DNA of 64,000 bases from a bacterium (GCA_963675755.2 CAXXMD010000003.1:1984001-2048000), one strand, 5' to 3'. Counted from the first letter of the stretch, positions 19,577 to 29,162 are shown. The notes: generated from the letters alone by a model not told the origin. Made by a program: numbers and translations.

Positions 19577-20553
19577 TAGGAATTTAACCCGACATTTTTA
19601 CCCATGTTTCGGTTTAAGAGAATGACAGCCATGCCAATTGTTGATGGAATGAGAATGTTGATGATGAACAAAATAAATGATGCATTAAATGCAGCGGCGC
19701 GGGTAATACCCAGTTGTGAAAAGAAATAAATTGCCGCGGTTTCACGAACGCCCAGGTCTCCAAAAGAAATGGGTAGTAGTGTTTTGGCTAAAAAAGCTGC
19801 TGCAACCGCTAATAGTCCCAACAGTATGTTGATTTCGGCAAAGGCTTTTATGAGTAAATAAAACTGTAGCAGATATGTGAAAACATGACAAGCGGCAAAA
19901 CCAAACAGGGTATATGCGTGACGACGGGTAAAAGCACTGTATGCAGAAGTCAATTTTTCCAGAAAACGAATTTTCATCAGTCGGGGTTGGAACCGCATCA
20001 ATAATGTGCGAAGCAAGTCCGGATGAAGGATTAAAAAGATGATCAATAGCAGCAATATGACCAGTGCGATTAACAGGGGCTGCCAAAGTAAATGCCCGGC
20101 TTTGAGTTGTAAAAAATATGCAAAACCGGCCAGGCCAAAAAGATAAACCATTGCCATTGAAAATAATTTGTCAATGATTACCAACCCGGTAAGCTGGCGC
20201 CAATCTGCATTCCGGATGAATACCGATCGTCCGAATTCTCCCACACGTCCGGGGGTTACCAGGCCGAGCGCGTAACCCGCAAACAGGGATGACAGGATTT
20301 CACCTGCACGGGCCGTGGGCTTGACTAGCTTTACCAAAAGCTGCCATTTTTTGAATTGAAAAAAGATATTCAGGAACAGTAAACCAAATGTCAGCGCAAT
20401 ATACAGCAGGTTGGCCTGTCGTAAAGCAAGGGTAATCTGATCAATGCTGATGCGTTTGATCAGTACCCACATAATGATACATGCCAGCAAGAGCTTGATC
20501 AGGATGATGATCTGCTTCCTGGGCAGCTTGAATTTTGAATTGGTTTCTGTCAT
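19576..20553 (-). CDS. Lysylphosphatidylglycerol-synthase TM / flippase-like protein (UPF0104)
   Basis: KWQLL, GLVTPGRVGEFGR and GDLGVRE motifs. Start at ATG 20553 forms an ATGA overlap with the methyltransferase stop. Confidence 0.85.
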   Translation of the reverse strand: MTETNSKFKLPRKQIIILIKLLLACIIMWVLIKRISIDQITLALRQANLLYIALTFGLLFLNIFFQFKKWQLLVKLVKPTARAGEILSSLFAGYALGLVTPGRVGEFGRSVFIRNADWRQLTGLVIIDKLFSMAMVYLFGLAGFAYFLQLKAGHLLWQPLLIALVILLLLIIFLILHPDLLRTLLMRFQPRLMKIRFLEKLTSAYSAFTRRHAYTLFGFAACHVFTYLLQFYLLIKAFAEINILLGLLAVAAAFLAKTLLPISFGDLGVRETAAIYFFSQLGITRAAAFNASFILFIINILIPSTIGMAVILLNRNMGKNVGLNS

Positions 20554-21344
20554 CTCCGCTTTGCGATTATATACCAAACAGGATTGAATACAGCATTGAA
20601 TATGCCCGGTTTATTGTTGACCAATGTAAGTAAAATTTTTTCAATTTTGAAACGTTTTATCATATGAATAGATTGTAAATGCCATTTTCGGCTCCAGATG
20701 TAACGCGGTTCACTCATGGCCAATGTGGCAGCCTGCCGGTTTACGTATTCGAATGTAAAATTGTTTTTACCAAGTAATGATTCCAGCTTGAAACGGGAAA
20801 AGAGTTGGGGGAAATCCGGTTTGTCCGGACGGTGCCATTTCAATACCTGAGCGATAAGAAAGCGTGTCCAGGTGCGGGGAAACATTGAAACAAAGGGAAT
20901 ACTGTAATGCGGATCGCAGAATGCATTGAAAAGAGACCAGCGATTTGGTGTAACCAGATACAAAAGTCCGCATTGTACAAGTGCCCTTTGACAGTTATAC
21001 AAAACTTTATCAGGATTAATTGTATGCTCCAGAACATCATTCAAGATAATGACATCGTATACAGCTTGTTCATCAAGGGATTCAGCTGGCAAACATTGGG
21101 TTGTTAATCCTGGAATCGTTTCACCGTCAAGGATTTTAATTCTTTCAGGATCAGGGTCCATTGCGGTCACATGTGCGCCATGTTTTATTAACGCTTTGGC
21201 AATACCACCACTTCCGCATCCCAGATCCAGAATTGTTAATCCGGCAAGAGGATGAAAGGGGAGAAGCAATTGGGCAGCGAGTTCTCCTCTGTATTCGGCA
21301 GTCTGTTGATAGCTGGTCCACAGGTTTGTGTTGGGATTTTTCAT
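20550..21344 (-). CDS. Class I SAM-dependent methyltransferase
   Basis: ILDLGCGSG, DVLEH and LVTPN motifs. Confidence 0.9.
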   Translation of the reverse strand: MKNPNTNLWTSYQQTAEYRGELAAQLLLPFHPLAGLTILDLGCGSGGIAKALIKHGAHVTAMDPDPERIKILDGETIPGLTTQCLPAESLDEQAVYDVIILNDVLEHTINPDKVLYNCQRALVQCGLLYLVTPNRWSLFNAFCDPHYSIPFVSMFPRTWTRFLIAQVLKWHRPDKPDFPQLFSRFKLESLLGKNNFTFEYVNRQAATLAMSEPRYIWSRKWHLQSIHMIKRFKIEKILLTLVNNKPGIFNAVFNPVWYIIAKRR

Positions 21345-21347
21345 GCT

Positions 21348-22451
21348 CTATTTCCAGGATATTTTTTTAATAAAAGCAGCCGGGCCTGATAAAAGATGAT
21401 ACAAGGGAAACAAAACCTCCCATATAAAAAATCCTGAAAGCGGCAATTGTATGTCCATCTTTTTACCGAAATAAGAAAGCAGAGAAAAATCAAGCAATAA
21501 CTTGGTTGACAACAAGAAACTTTGTGTAAAATTCAAACTTGCTAAGCTCCATAAAAACAATATCCATATGCAAGCGTTAGATAAATGATACAGTCCATAA
21601 CCCAGTTGCTGGTTGAATCGGTATTCAGTTCCCGATGACAAATGACGGGATTTTTGTTTTAGAAATTGCTGCCAGGTTCCGGGTCCCTTTGCCGGGATAT
21701 GAGTTGCAGGATTGAAGGAGTAGGATGTCTGCCAGGATGGATGTTTGTTGATCGCTTGTAAAATAAAATCATCATCACCAGACAGAGTATCGGGTAGCGT
21801 TGTGTAACCACCAATCTCATCAAGAGTTTGTTTGCGTATCGCAAGATTTCGTCCTGTGCAGGTTGCACCGTTTTGCATTAATATGGTTGTTGCGGCAACA
21901 ATCGCTGCCGAGAGACTGTCTACAAATAAAAATCGATTCCACTGTTTTTTTAGAGTACAGGTTTGAGGTGAAAATCCTGCTACCAGCCCGGTTTGTGGTT
22001 TAAAGCAATTTGCCAAGCCTTGAATCCAGCCAACAGGTGGCTGACAATCTGCATCGGTATAGAGCAGCAATTCACCCGTTGCATATTTATAACCTGCTTC
22101 AAGTGCTGCTTTTTTACTACTATTCCAACCTGATGGATTGTCGGATTGTAGACATGTTATATTTTTGTGTTTTAGAGAATATGATTTTACCCGGGTATAT
22201 GTATCATCTGTTGATTGATCGTCAATTACAAGGATTTGAGTTTTTTCTTTTGGATATTTTTGATTTATTAGAGACTCGAGGCATGTTATTATATTTTCTG
22301 TTTCATTTTTAACAGCAATTATTATTGACACTGTTGGGTTTTCTAATGCATCCGTTAGCCGGGTTTTGGATGACTGTAATCCCAGATATATAAAAAAGAG
22401 GATAATGGCGTAAAGAATGATCAGAAAAATAGATAAAATTAGCAAAAACAA
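21348..22451 (-). CDS. Membrane GT2 glycosyltransferase (paralogue 1)
   Basis: AVKNE, DDQSTD, TDADC, NLAIRK, SGDDD and QKSRHLS motifs. Confidence 0.9.
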   Translation of the reverse strand: MFLLILSIFLIILYAIILFFIYLGLQSSKTRLTDALENPTVSIIIAVKNETENIITCLESLINQKYPKEKTQILVIDDQSTDDTYTRVKSYSLKHKNITCLQSDNPSGWNSSKKAALEAGYKYATGELLLYTDADCQPPVGWIQGLANCFKPQTGLVAGFSPQTCTLKKQWNRFLFVDSLSAAIVAATTILMQNGATCTGRNLAIRKQTLDEIGGYTTLPDTLSGDDDFILQAINKHPSWQTSYSFNPATHIPAKGPGTWQQFLKQKSRHLSSGTEYRFNQQLGYGLYHLSNACIWILFLWSLASLNFTQSFLLSTKLLLDFSLLSYFGKKMDIQLPLSGFFIWEVLFPLYHLLSGPAAFIKKISWK

Positions 22452-22568
22452 TCACCTTTCATTTATTGAATGAAATTATTTAAAAATAGTCATATATTCA
22501 AGACGAAAATAAATTGACATGGGCTGGTTAATTTTGTACCTTTTTTTATTAATAGAGGAGTCTAGTAC

Positions 22569-23273
22569 ATGGGAAAGCAGGTCTCTGAGGGAGAAAAGTC
22601 ATTCAAGGCAATGATTCGGGTGCTGGTGATTTTGCTTCTTGTTGTTATCATTGGTACAGTTGTTCGTTTTTTCCTGAACCAATCAAGTGAGGCCAAACTT
22701 TTAGAGCTTGAGGAACGGGTTTCAGAGATGAAATCCTCAATCCATATTGACAGCATACGTCAATATCAGGTACAAAAAATTATTACCATCATAGAACTGT
22801 ACAATCACAAAATGACACGTCAGCAAAAATACGAGATTGCTCAGGTGATTGTTACCGGTGCAGAACAATTCCCCAATATTAGTGTAGATTTAATTTGCGC
22901 GATTATAACTCACGAAACCGGTGGTACGTGGGACCCACGATATATTTCACCCTCGGGCAGTATGGGGCTCATGCAGATTATGCCCATTACCGGCATGCTG
23001 GTTTCGGAATTTGAACGGATTAACTGGATCTCCGCAGAACAGGCATTGCTGAACCCTGAATATAATATTCGAATTGGAACGCGCTACTTGTCAATTCTGA
23101 TTGATCAATATGACCTGGATGGCGGATTGGTAGGACTCAAAGAAGGAGTAAGGAATGCGGCCAAATATAAAAATCAAATATGGTCCGGCACGCGCAACAG
23201 AGAAATACAAAATTATATTGACGCAATACACAAGCTGATAGCTGAATTTCAACAAATTCCGTTGGGCAATTAA
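22569..23273 (+). CDS. Membrane-anchored lytic transglycosylase (SLT domain)
   Basis: N-terminal TM; ITHET (catalytic Glu), GSMGLMQIMP and NIRIGTRYL motifs. Third motif is degenerate. Confidence 0.8.
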   Translation: MGKQVSEGEKSFKAMIRVLVILLLVVIIGTVVRFFLNQSSEAKLLELEERVSEMKSSIHIDSIRQYQVQKIITIIELYNHKMTRQQKYEIAQVIVTGAEQFPNISVDLICAIITHETGGTWDPRYISPSGSMGLMQIMPITGMLVSEFERINWISAEQALLNPEYNIRIGTRYLSILIDQYDLDGGLVGLKEGVRNAAKYKNQIWSGTRNREIQNYIDAIHKLIAEFQQIPLGN

Positions 23274-23294
23274 GTTGCTTAAATTAAACAAGTT

Positions 23295-24266
23295 ATGTAT
23301 AATATTCTGAAAGGGTACGACTTGAAACGAATAATGTTTGTTTTATTAATTGCAGGATTTTTGATTTCCTGCTCCACATCAAAGCAACCCAATTTCAGTG
23401 TTGAACAAACCGACCAGGGTTTGCAAATTAATGAAGGGGCTGAAAAAGTCTTTTTCTATCAAAGGGCGCCCAAGTCTCCGGAAGGGCATGAGGGAGAGTA
23501 CTTTAGAGGGCATTATATTCATCCGCTTTGGGATCTGGATGGAAATGTGATTACGGAAGATTATCCACCTGATCATCTTCATCAACGTGGAATATTCTGG
23601 TCCTGGCACCAGATCTGGATTGGAGATGAAAAGATTGGTGATCCCTGGGAGATACGAGATTGGGAATGGAATGTAGCTCAGGCAGAAACTCATGAAACAG
23701 AAGCTGGTAATCTTGTTCTTGCTGTCAAAGTGAACTGGCAGTCACCCCTTGTAAAAGATGAACAAGGTAATGAAAAGCCCCTTATTACCGAAGATACAAA
23801 AATTACAATTTATCCCCGAACCGAAACATATCGAGTAATTGATTTTGATATCAAATTACTTGCTATGCTGCCGGATATGAAAATCGGTGGTTCTGAGGAT
23901 GTTAAAGGGTATAGTGGATTTTCGACCCGTATTGTACTGCCTGAGGATATGAAATTTACCGGACAGGTTGGTGAATTGGAGCCACAAAACACGGCTGTTG
24001 ACGGTGGTGCATGGGTAGACATGAGTGGTTCTTTGACGACTGAAGGGATAACCGGTATCACAGTATTGAGCCATCCTGAAAATCCGGGCAGTCCGCAACC
24101 GTGGATCTTGCGTCGTCAACGCAGTATGCAGAATGCGGTATATCCGGGACAGCATGCGGTTGCTTTTTCAAATACGCAGCCAACAGTTTTACGATACAGA
24201 CTGGTGCTGCACAAAGGTGGATATGACCAGGAAATAATAAAAAAATTATATGACGAATATAAATAA
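23295..24266 (+). CDS. DUF6807 ('PmoA-family' misnomer) lipoprotein
   Basis: Lipobox LISC; YIHPLW, PPDHLHQRGIFWSWH, KGYSGF and LRYRLVLH motifs. Confidence 0.7.
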   Translation: MYNILKGYDLKRIMFVLLIAGFLISCSTSKQPNFSVEQTDQGLQINEGAEKVFFYQRAPKSPEGHEGEYFRGHYIHPLWDLDGNVITEDYPPDHLHQRGIFWSWHQIWIGDEKIGDPWEIRDWEWNVAQAETHETEAGNLVLAVKVNWQSPLVKDEQGNEKPLITEDTKITIYPRTETYRVIDFDIKLLAMLPDMKIGGSEDVKGYSGFSTRIVLPEDMKFTGQVGELEPQNTAVDGGAWVDMSGSLTTEGITGITVLSHPENPGSPQPWILRRQRSMQNAVYPGQHAVAFSNTQPTVLRYRLVLHKGGYDQEIIKKLYDEYK

Positions 24267-24357
24267 AAAAATTTTTTAACAGGAAATAGTTTTTTTATTT
24301 AGGGAAAAAACTTCCCACTCTATTTTAGAGAGAACGGAAAAAAGATTTTCTATTCAG

Positions 24358-24392
24358 AGCCTCCAATTATTAGATTATTGGGGGCTTTTTTT
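24358..24392 (+). terminator. Intrinsic terminator
   Basis: AGCCTCCAAT...ATTGGGGGCT stem followed by a T7 run. Confidence 0.7.
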
Positions 24393-24534
24393 ATTTAAAA
24401 TCATGGGGCTTGTTTTTACTACATATAGTGCGTTTTGTATTCAGGCTACACCTCATATTGTGCTTGAGAATTTCTTTATAAAAATTATTTCAAGAGAGAT
24501 TGAAATTTGTTTAAAATAAATATTGACTTTTTGA

Positions 24535-24551
24535 TTGGCATAGCTTTTGCC
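24535..24551 (+). promoter_or_regulatory. sigma-54 (-24/-12) promoter
   Basis: TTGGCATAGCTTTTGCC: GG at 24537-38 and GC at 24549-50, exactly 10 nt apart. Confidence 0.65.
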
Positions 24552-24716
24552 ATTACCATTCCGTTCAATGGTCTCTTTAAGGGTAGGTCATAACTACCTG
24601 GGACAAATAAAAAAAAGAAATTCAAGTTTTTGCAAGAAATGTCGATATAGTTATTGAGATGAATAAATTAAAAGATAAAGATTTAATTAAAGCAATACTT
24701 AAAGGAGGAGATGCCT

Positions 24717-24746
24717 ATGAAGAGAATTCTGAAATTCCCCGATTAG
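24717..24746 (+). other. Putative leader peptide/uORF MKRILKFPD
   Basis: AAAGGAGG Shine-Dalgarno at 24701-24708, ATG at 24717 (alternative in-frame ATG 24711), TAG at 24744-46. Confidence 0.45.
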
Positions 24747-24850
24747 CTCATTTTCAAATGAGGATGTAAATCAGAATTAAAATTATTAATGACGCGACAA
24801 ACGGATTTGACGCAAAGAAAAAAATTAAAACACACATGGAGGTGTATAAA

Positions 24851-27800
24851 ATGAAAAAAAGTAATTTTACTTATGGCACAAGTCTGCCTCGATGGTCAGG
24901 TATTGTGTTTATGATTCTGGCGATTTTATTCGCCTTAGGTCAAACTGCCTTTGGTTTGACCGTAACCGCTCCTGTTAATACTCTCCCCATTGGCGCTTCT
25001 GTCAATGATTTCGATGGTGATCATAATTACATGGTAGCTTTTGAAATATCAGTTCTAGCTGCAGATTTTGCCGCTATTGCAGATGGTGATAATATCCTGA
25101 TCAATTGTCCTACTGGTGTATATATAGCAGATACCGATGCAGGCTCTGACTATGATAATGAAGTTGGTATTTCTTATCATAGTACGGCCAATATTGGTTT
25201 TACTCTTGATGGATTATCTACCACTAGTAGTATGGTTGTTATTGATCTTGCCACTGCAGGTACAAATGGTGTAACAAATGGTGATGCTATAACGGTTTAC
25301 TTTCCGGTAATTACGTCCCCTAGTCTTGCAGATGGTGATACTTCAAGCTTTATTATTACTCTTGAAGATGTTGATACACCAGCGAATGATGTACTTTATT
25401 ATTCACATGTTACTTTTAGAGACAATCCGAGCCTGGTTAGCTTTGCAAGCACCTATTCTGCAAGTAACGATACGACAGATGAAGATGGTGCGCAATGGCC
25501 GAATTCTGGCACTGCAGCAATTACAGTTGCATTACCTGACCTGGTAACTGATCAAAATGGTGCTGGAACTGAAGGGCAAGTTGCTGACGCTGCAAACTGG
25601 TCAACAATTGCAGCTGCTCTTGATGGTGATGATACAACTGATGAAATCACTTATTCCTTATGGGCATCAAAATATGATACAGTTACAAAGATCAGTGGCG
25701 CTGTTGCCGAAGTTGTTGTAGCTCTTGATGTGGCTACAGATTTGCAGATTACTGATAATGAAGATGGTACCATGAATGTTGCTCTTGATGCATCACAGCT
25801 TGATGAAGGCGACTGGTATTTTTATGTTACATCCAATGTAACCGCTGACTGGGTGATTGGTATGAGTGGCATGGTACATGTTCGCCATTATCCATTCTTT
25901 ACTGATACAGATAATGATGCTATTGGTGTTGATTTTGATGGTGATGAAGTTTTTGAACCAGCAACTGATGATAATGTCAGTACCGTTGTTATGGATGTTA
26001 GCGGTGGTCTGGGTAAAGACGGCACTATTGGAAGCACCAGTGCAAGTGATGTAGATTTTTATATTAGTGTAAATGACTTTGATGATGAAGCCACATTTCA
26101 GGTTTTCCGCGTTCCTTCTTCTGTTTCACCAACCGCGGATAGTATCAAATTATCCGGTACAAGCCCAAGCCTGACAGTTACAGGACTTGGTGGCGGTACT
26201 GCTGTTACTTCTCAATCTGTTCTGGCTGAATTGCCATACTCTATTGTTAATTATTCTGCTATTCGCAGTGCAAGTGATTATGATCCCGTAGGTGATTATA
26301 ATATATGGGTAGTTGCCAATGATGGTAAACATCAGGCAATCCAGAAAATGAAAAATAATACTGCAGCAAGTGATCTTGAATTGACCATTTCAACATTTCC
26401 AAAATTTAATTTTGTAAGTAATGGTGATGTTACCGTTAATACCGACCAGCAGGAATACATCCTGATCAACTGGGGACGTACGATTGATATGGACAATGAC
26501 GTAGACGGTACCATGCGAATTAACCTGTATTGTAGTGATCTTGCGTGGGGTCAATTGAACTCTGGTGCAACCACAACTCCTGCAAATGTTGATACAACTT
26601 TGTTACCTGCAGATGCAATTGCTGATCCTACTCATACAGTACATATTGCTACTATCGTTGATACTTCAGACACTCAGGAAGCAAACCGTTACATGTGGAA
26701 TGTACGTGAATCCGGTTTGGAAGCTGGTGGACCTTACTATATTTATGCTATTGTAACCAGTGGTCCTGATGCAGCTATCGTTCGTATGAATGATTTGGAA
26801 AACATGTCTGAAGCTGCTGCTAATATTGATGAACTGACAGTTGCCCACGGCACCTACTTTTTGCCTGAATCACCGGTAGAGGGTGAAATTGCCAATCTGG
26901 GTATTGGTGACACTTATCAGTTAAAATGGACTGCATTTGATCTGGATGAAGTTACTGAAATGAAAGTTGCTGCTTTTATCGTTCCAGAAGATGAAGCTGC
27001 TCCTCCAGTTGCAGGTACAGATGATTTTACTACTATTGATGGAACTGCTAATTGGTTCTGGTTAACAGGAAGTGCTGCCGATCCACAAAATATTGTTACA
27101 TGGGCAAATGCAACCGATATGGTTGATGGCAAATTGATTGTAGATGTTAGTGATATAACAGAAGATATGGCAGGAACTGTTGTTGATCCTTCCGGTAATT
27201 ATGATGTATGGTACTTGTATGACACAGGTAGTGCTGAAGGCGCTGGCTCTGAAGACTGGAATGCTGTTGATGCTGCTGACGATGGTATTGTTAAGGCAGA
27301 CGGTAAACTCTATTTCTCTGAAGCTGTAGATAAAAACAGTACCTATAACTTTAGAATGGAACCCACCCAGATCGTAATGGAAAAAGGTGATACACTGACC
27401 ATTTCTGTCTATGCTTCTGATGCGAATCCAGGTGGTGGCAATGATGTAATGTGGTTGGAAACCTATTTGAATGTACCTTCAGAATTCTACGGTATTGTAG
27501 ATCAGAATACAGGTACAGCCGTTGTTGAGGGTTTTACTCCCAATACTGCAAATTTTGCAGGAACCACCACAAAAAATATTGCGGCTGATTCTACAGATCA
27601 TTACGAATTGGACTTGATCCGTCATGCTTCTGACCTTGCAACCGAAACCGATTTGAACGATGAAGTTATCGCAACCTTCCAGATTTATGCAAAAACTGAT
27701 GCTGTCAGTGAAGCCCTGGAAAGCGCAGCAATTACATTCAATACAACCGGTGAACGTACAAGTAGAATGTTTGACGCAGATTTTACCCAGTTGACTGCAA

Positions 27801-29101
27801 ATGTACCTCCTGCAGCTTCTACATTGAGCATGACCCCGCGTGGTAAACTCACCGGTTTGATCGATGTTGAAGGTCGCAGTGATTCAAGTCAGACTGTTGT
27901 TGTTTGGGTTTGTCCTACAGGTTCTTATGACAATATAACTGATGCTTCTTTTGTTGCAGCTAATGGCGACAGCGATGTATCTGATGGTATATCTGTTGTA
28001 CTGGATGCCAATGGTCGCTATAATTTGACCTCAGTTCCAACTGGCAAATATGATATTCTTGTACATAAAACTGGTTGGTTGGACCAAAAAGAATCAGCAG
28101 TAGTTGTTCAAGCTTATTCTACAACCACAGTTGATTTCTATAATGATGACAGACTGCTTGGTGGTGACTGTGCTGGTTACGATCATGATGGTGACACAGA
28201 TACTCAGTCTCTGCCTGATAATCAGGTTAACTCTACTGACCATACTGTATATGAAGGTGCATTCCATGCTACACCTGCGGATACTAACTGGAATATGTAT
28301 TGTGATGTAAACGGTGATGATTACATTGATGTTGTAGACGTTTACTATGTAGCTAACAATACCCCAGTAGGAAATGGTGAAGGTATTCTTTATAAAAAAG
28401 CTACTACTACTAATAGTGCAGAAACACTTGCTGAATTGGTAGAAGTAAAACGTGATAAAAATATCATTACCTATGCAGTTGTTGCTAAAAATTTCCCGGT
28501 ATTGCAGGCTTATTCTGCACAGGTCTTTATTGATGCTCAATCATGGGAACTGGTAGAATATACTGAAGCATTGCACAATACTGAATCTAAACTGTTCTTT
28601 ACCAAAGTTGTTGGTTACAATCATGAATTTGTATGCTCCGGTTATCAGGGAGTAGCTTCAAAAGAGATGAACCCGACATTGGTAACATTTACAGTAAAAG
28701 CCAAAGTTGAAAATCCAACTGATCTGAAATTACAGGATATCAAGTTGGTAGATGCTTATGGCCGTGCAAATACTCCGGTTATTTCAAGCGACGTTGAAGA
28801 TGAAGAAAGCGCATTGCCGACTGAATTCAGTCTGAGCAGAAACTATCCGAACCCGTTCAACCCAACAACTACGATCGAGTTCGCTCTGCCTAAAGCTGGC
28901 AATGTTACACTTACAGTTTATAATATGCTGGGACAACAAGTTCGTACCCTGGTTTCCACAGAGATGGCTGCTGGTAATTTCAAAGCTATGTGGGACGCTC
29001 AAGATAATTTCGGACGCAAAGTAAGTTCTGGTATGTATTTTTATCGCCTTGAAGTCGACAACAATGTTATTGGCACTCAAAAGATGCTGTTACTGAAATA
29101 G
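24851..29101 (+). CDS. Large acidic secreted surface protein (S-layer candidate) with cohesin-like, carboxypeptidase-regulatory-like, dockerin-like and Por/FlgD C-terminal domains
   Basis: GGAGGTG SD before ATG 24851; signal peptide; D/T/A-rich; GDC..D.DGD...DNQVNSTD and CDVNGDDYIDVVD Ca-loop pair; NYPNPFNPTTTIEF...YNMLGQQVRTL...SSGMYFYRL...KMLLLK CTD. Confidence 0.85.
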   Translation: MKKSNFTYGTSLPRWSGIVFMILAILFALGQTAFGLTVTAPVNTLPIGASVNDFDGDHNYMVAFEISVLAADFAAIADGDNILINCPTGVYIADTDAGSDYDNEVGISYHSTANIGFTLDGLSTTSSMVVIDLATAGTNGVTNGDAITVYFPVITSPSLADGDTSSFIITLEDVDTPANDVLYYSHVTFRDNPSLVSFASTYSASNDTTDEDGAQWPNSGTAAITVALPDLVTDQNGAGTEGQVADAANWSTIAAALDGDDTTDEITYSLWASKYDTVTKISGAVAEVVVALDVATDLQITDNEDGTMNVALDASQLDEGDWYFYVTSNVTADWVIGMSGMVHVRHYPFFTDTDNDAIGVDFDGDEVFEPATDDNVSTVVMDVSGGLGKDGTIGSTSASDVDFYISVNDFDDEATFQVFRVPSSVSPTADSIKLSGTSPSLTVTGLGGGTAVTSQSVLAELPYSIVNYSAIRSASDYDPVGDYNIWVVANDGKHQAIQKMKNNTAASDLELTISTFPKFNFVSNGDVTVNTDQQEYILINWGRTIDMDNDVDGTMRINLYCSDLAWGQLNSGATTTPANVDTTLLPADAIADPTHTVHIATIVDTSDTQEANRYMWNVRESGLEAGGPYYIYAIVTSGPDAAIVRMNDLENMSEAAANIDELTVAHGTYFLPESPVEGEIANLGIGDTYQLKWTAFDLDEVTEMKVAAFIVPEDEAAPPVAGTDDFTTIDGTANWFWLTGSAADPQNIVTWANATDMVDGKLIVDVSDITEDMAGTVVDPSGNYDVWYLYDTGSAEGAGSEDWNAVDAADDGIVKADGKLYFSEAVDKNSTYNFRMEPTQIVMEKGDTLTISVYASDANPGGGNDVMWLETYLNVPSEFYGIVDQNTGTAVVEGFTPNTANFAGTTTKNIAADSTDHYELDLIRHASDLATETDLNDEVIATFQIYAKTDAVSEALESAAITFNTTGERTSRMFDADFTQLTANVPPAASTLSMTPRGKLTGLIDVEGRSDSSQTVVVWVCPTGSYDNITDASFVAANGDSDVSDGISVVLDANGRYNLTSVPTGKYDILVHKTGWLDQKESAVVVQAYSTTTVDFYNDDRLLGGDCAGYDHDGDTDTQSLPDNQVNSTDHTVYEGAFHATPADTNWNMYCDVNGDDYIDVVDVYYVANNTPVGNGEGILYKKATTTNSAETLAELVEVKRDKNIITYAVVAKNFPVLQAYSAQVFIDAQSWELVEYTEALHNTESKLFFTKVVGYNHEFVCSGYQGVASKEMNPTLVTFTVKAKVENPTDLKLQDIKLVDAYGRANTPVISSDVEDEESALPTEFSLSRNYPNPFNPTTTIEFALPKAGNVTLTVYNMLGQQVRTLVSTEMAAGNFKAMWDAQDNFGRKVSSGMYFYRLEVDNNVIGTQKMLLLK

Positions 29102-29127
29102 ATTTCTGGTTCATTCTCTTCATGGCG

Positions 29128-29162
29128 AGGCCCTGTGGGATTTATCCCACGGGGCCTTTTTG
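29128..29162 (+). terminator. Intrinsic terminator, followed by a second hairpin at 29165-29185
   Basis: AGGCCCTGTGGGA-TTTA-TCCCACGGGGCCT then TTTT; next ACCGGGTA-AAAAC-TACCCGGT. Confidence 0.85.

Noticed and set aside
9920-22451. Calling the GT2 cluster a hopanoid (hpn) or canonical capsule locus
   Set aside because: No squalene-hopene cyclase, hpnCDE, wza/wzc/wzy or sugar-nucleotide genes in the window; left as unknown.
23295-24266. 'PmoA family' label suggesting methane oxidation
   Set aside because: Soluble lipoprotein of the DUF6807 type, with no pmoCAB context and no multi-TM PmoA topology.
24791-24820. GACAAAC...GACGCAAAG, resembling part of a c-di-GMP-I riboswitch
   Set aside because: The GNRA-capped P2 stem and the downstream P3/P1 pairing are absent. 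An Infernal RF01051 search would settle it.
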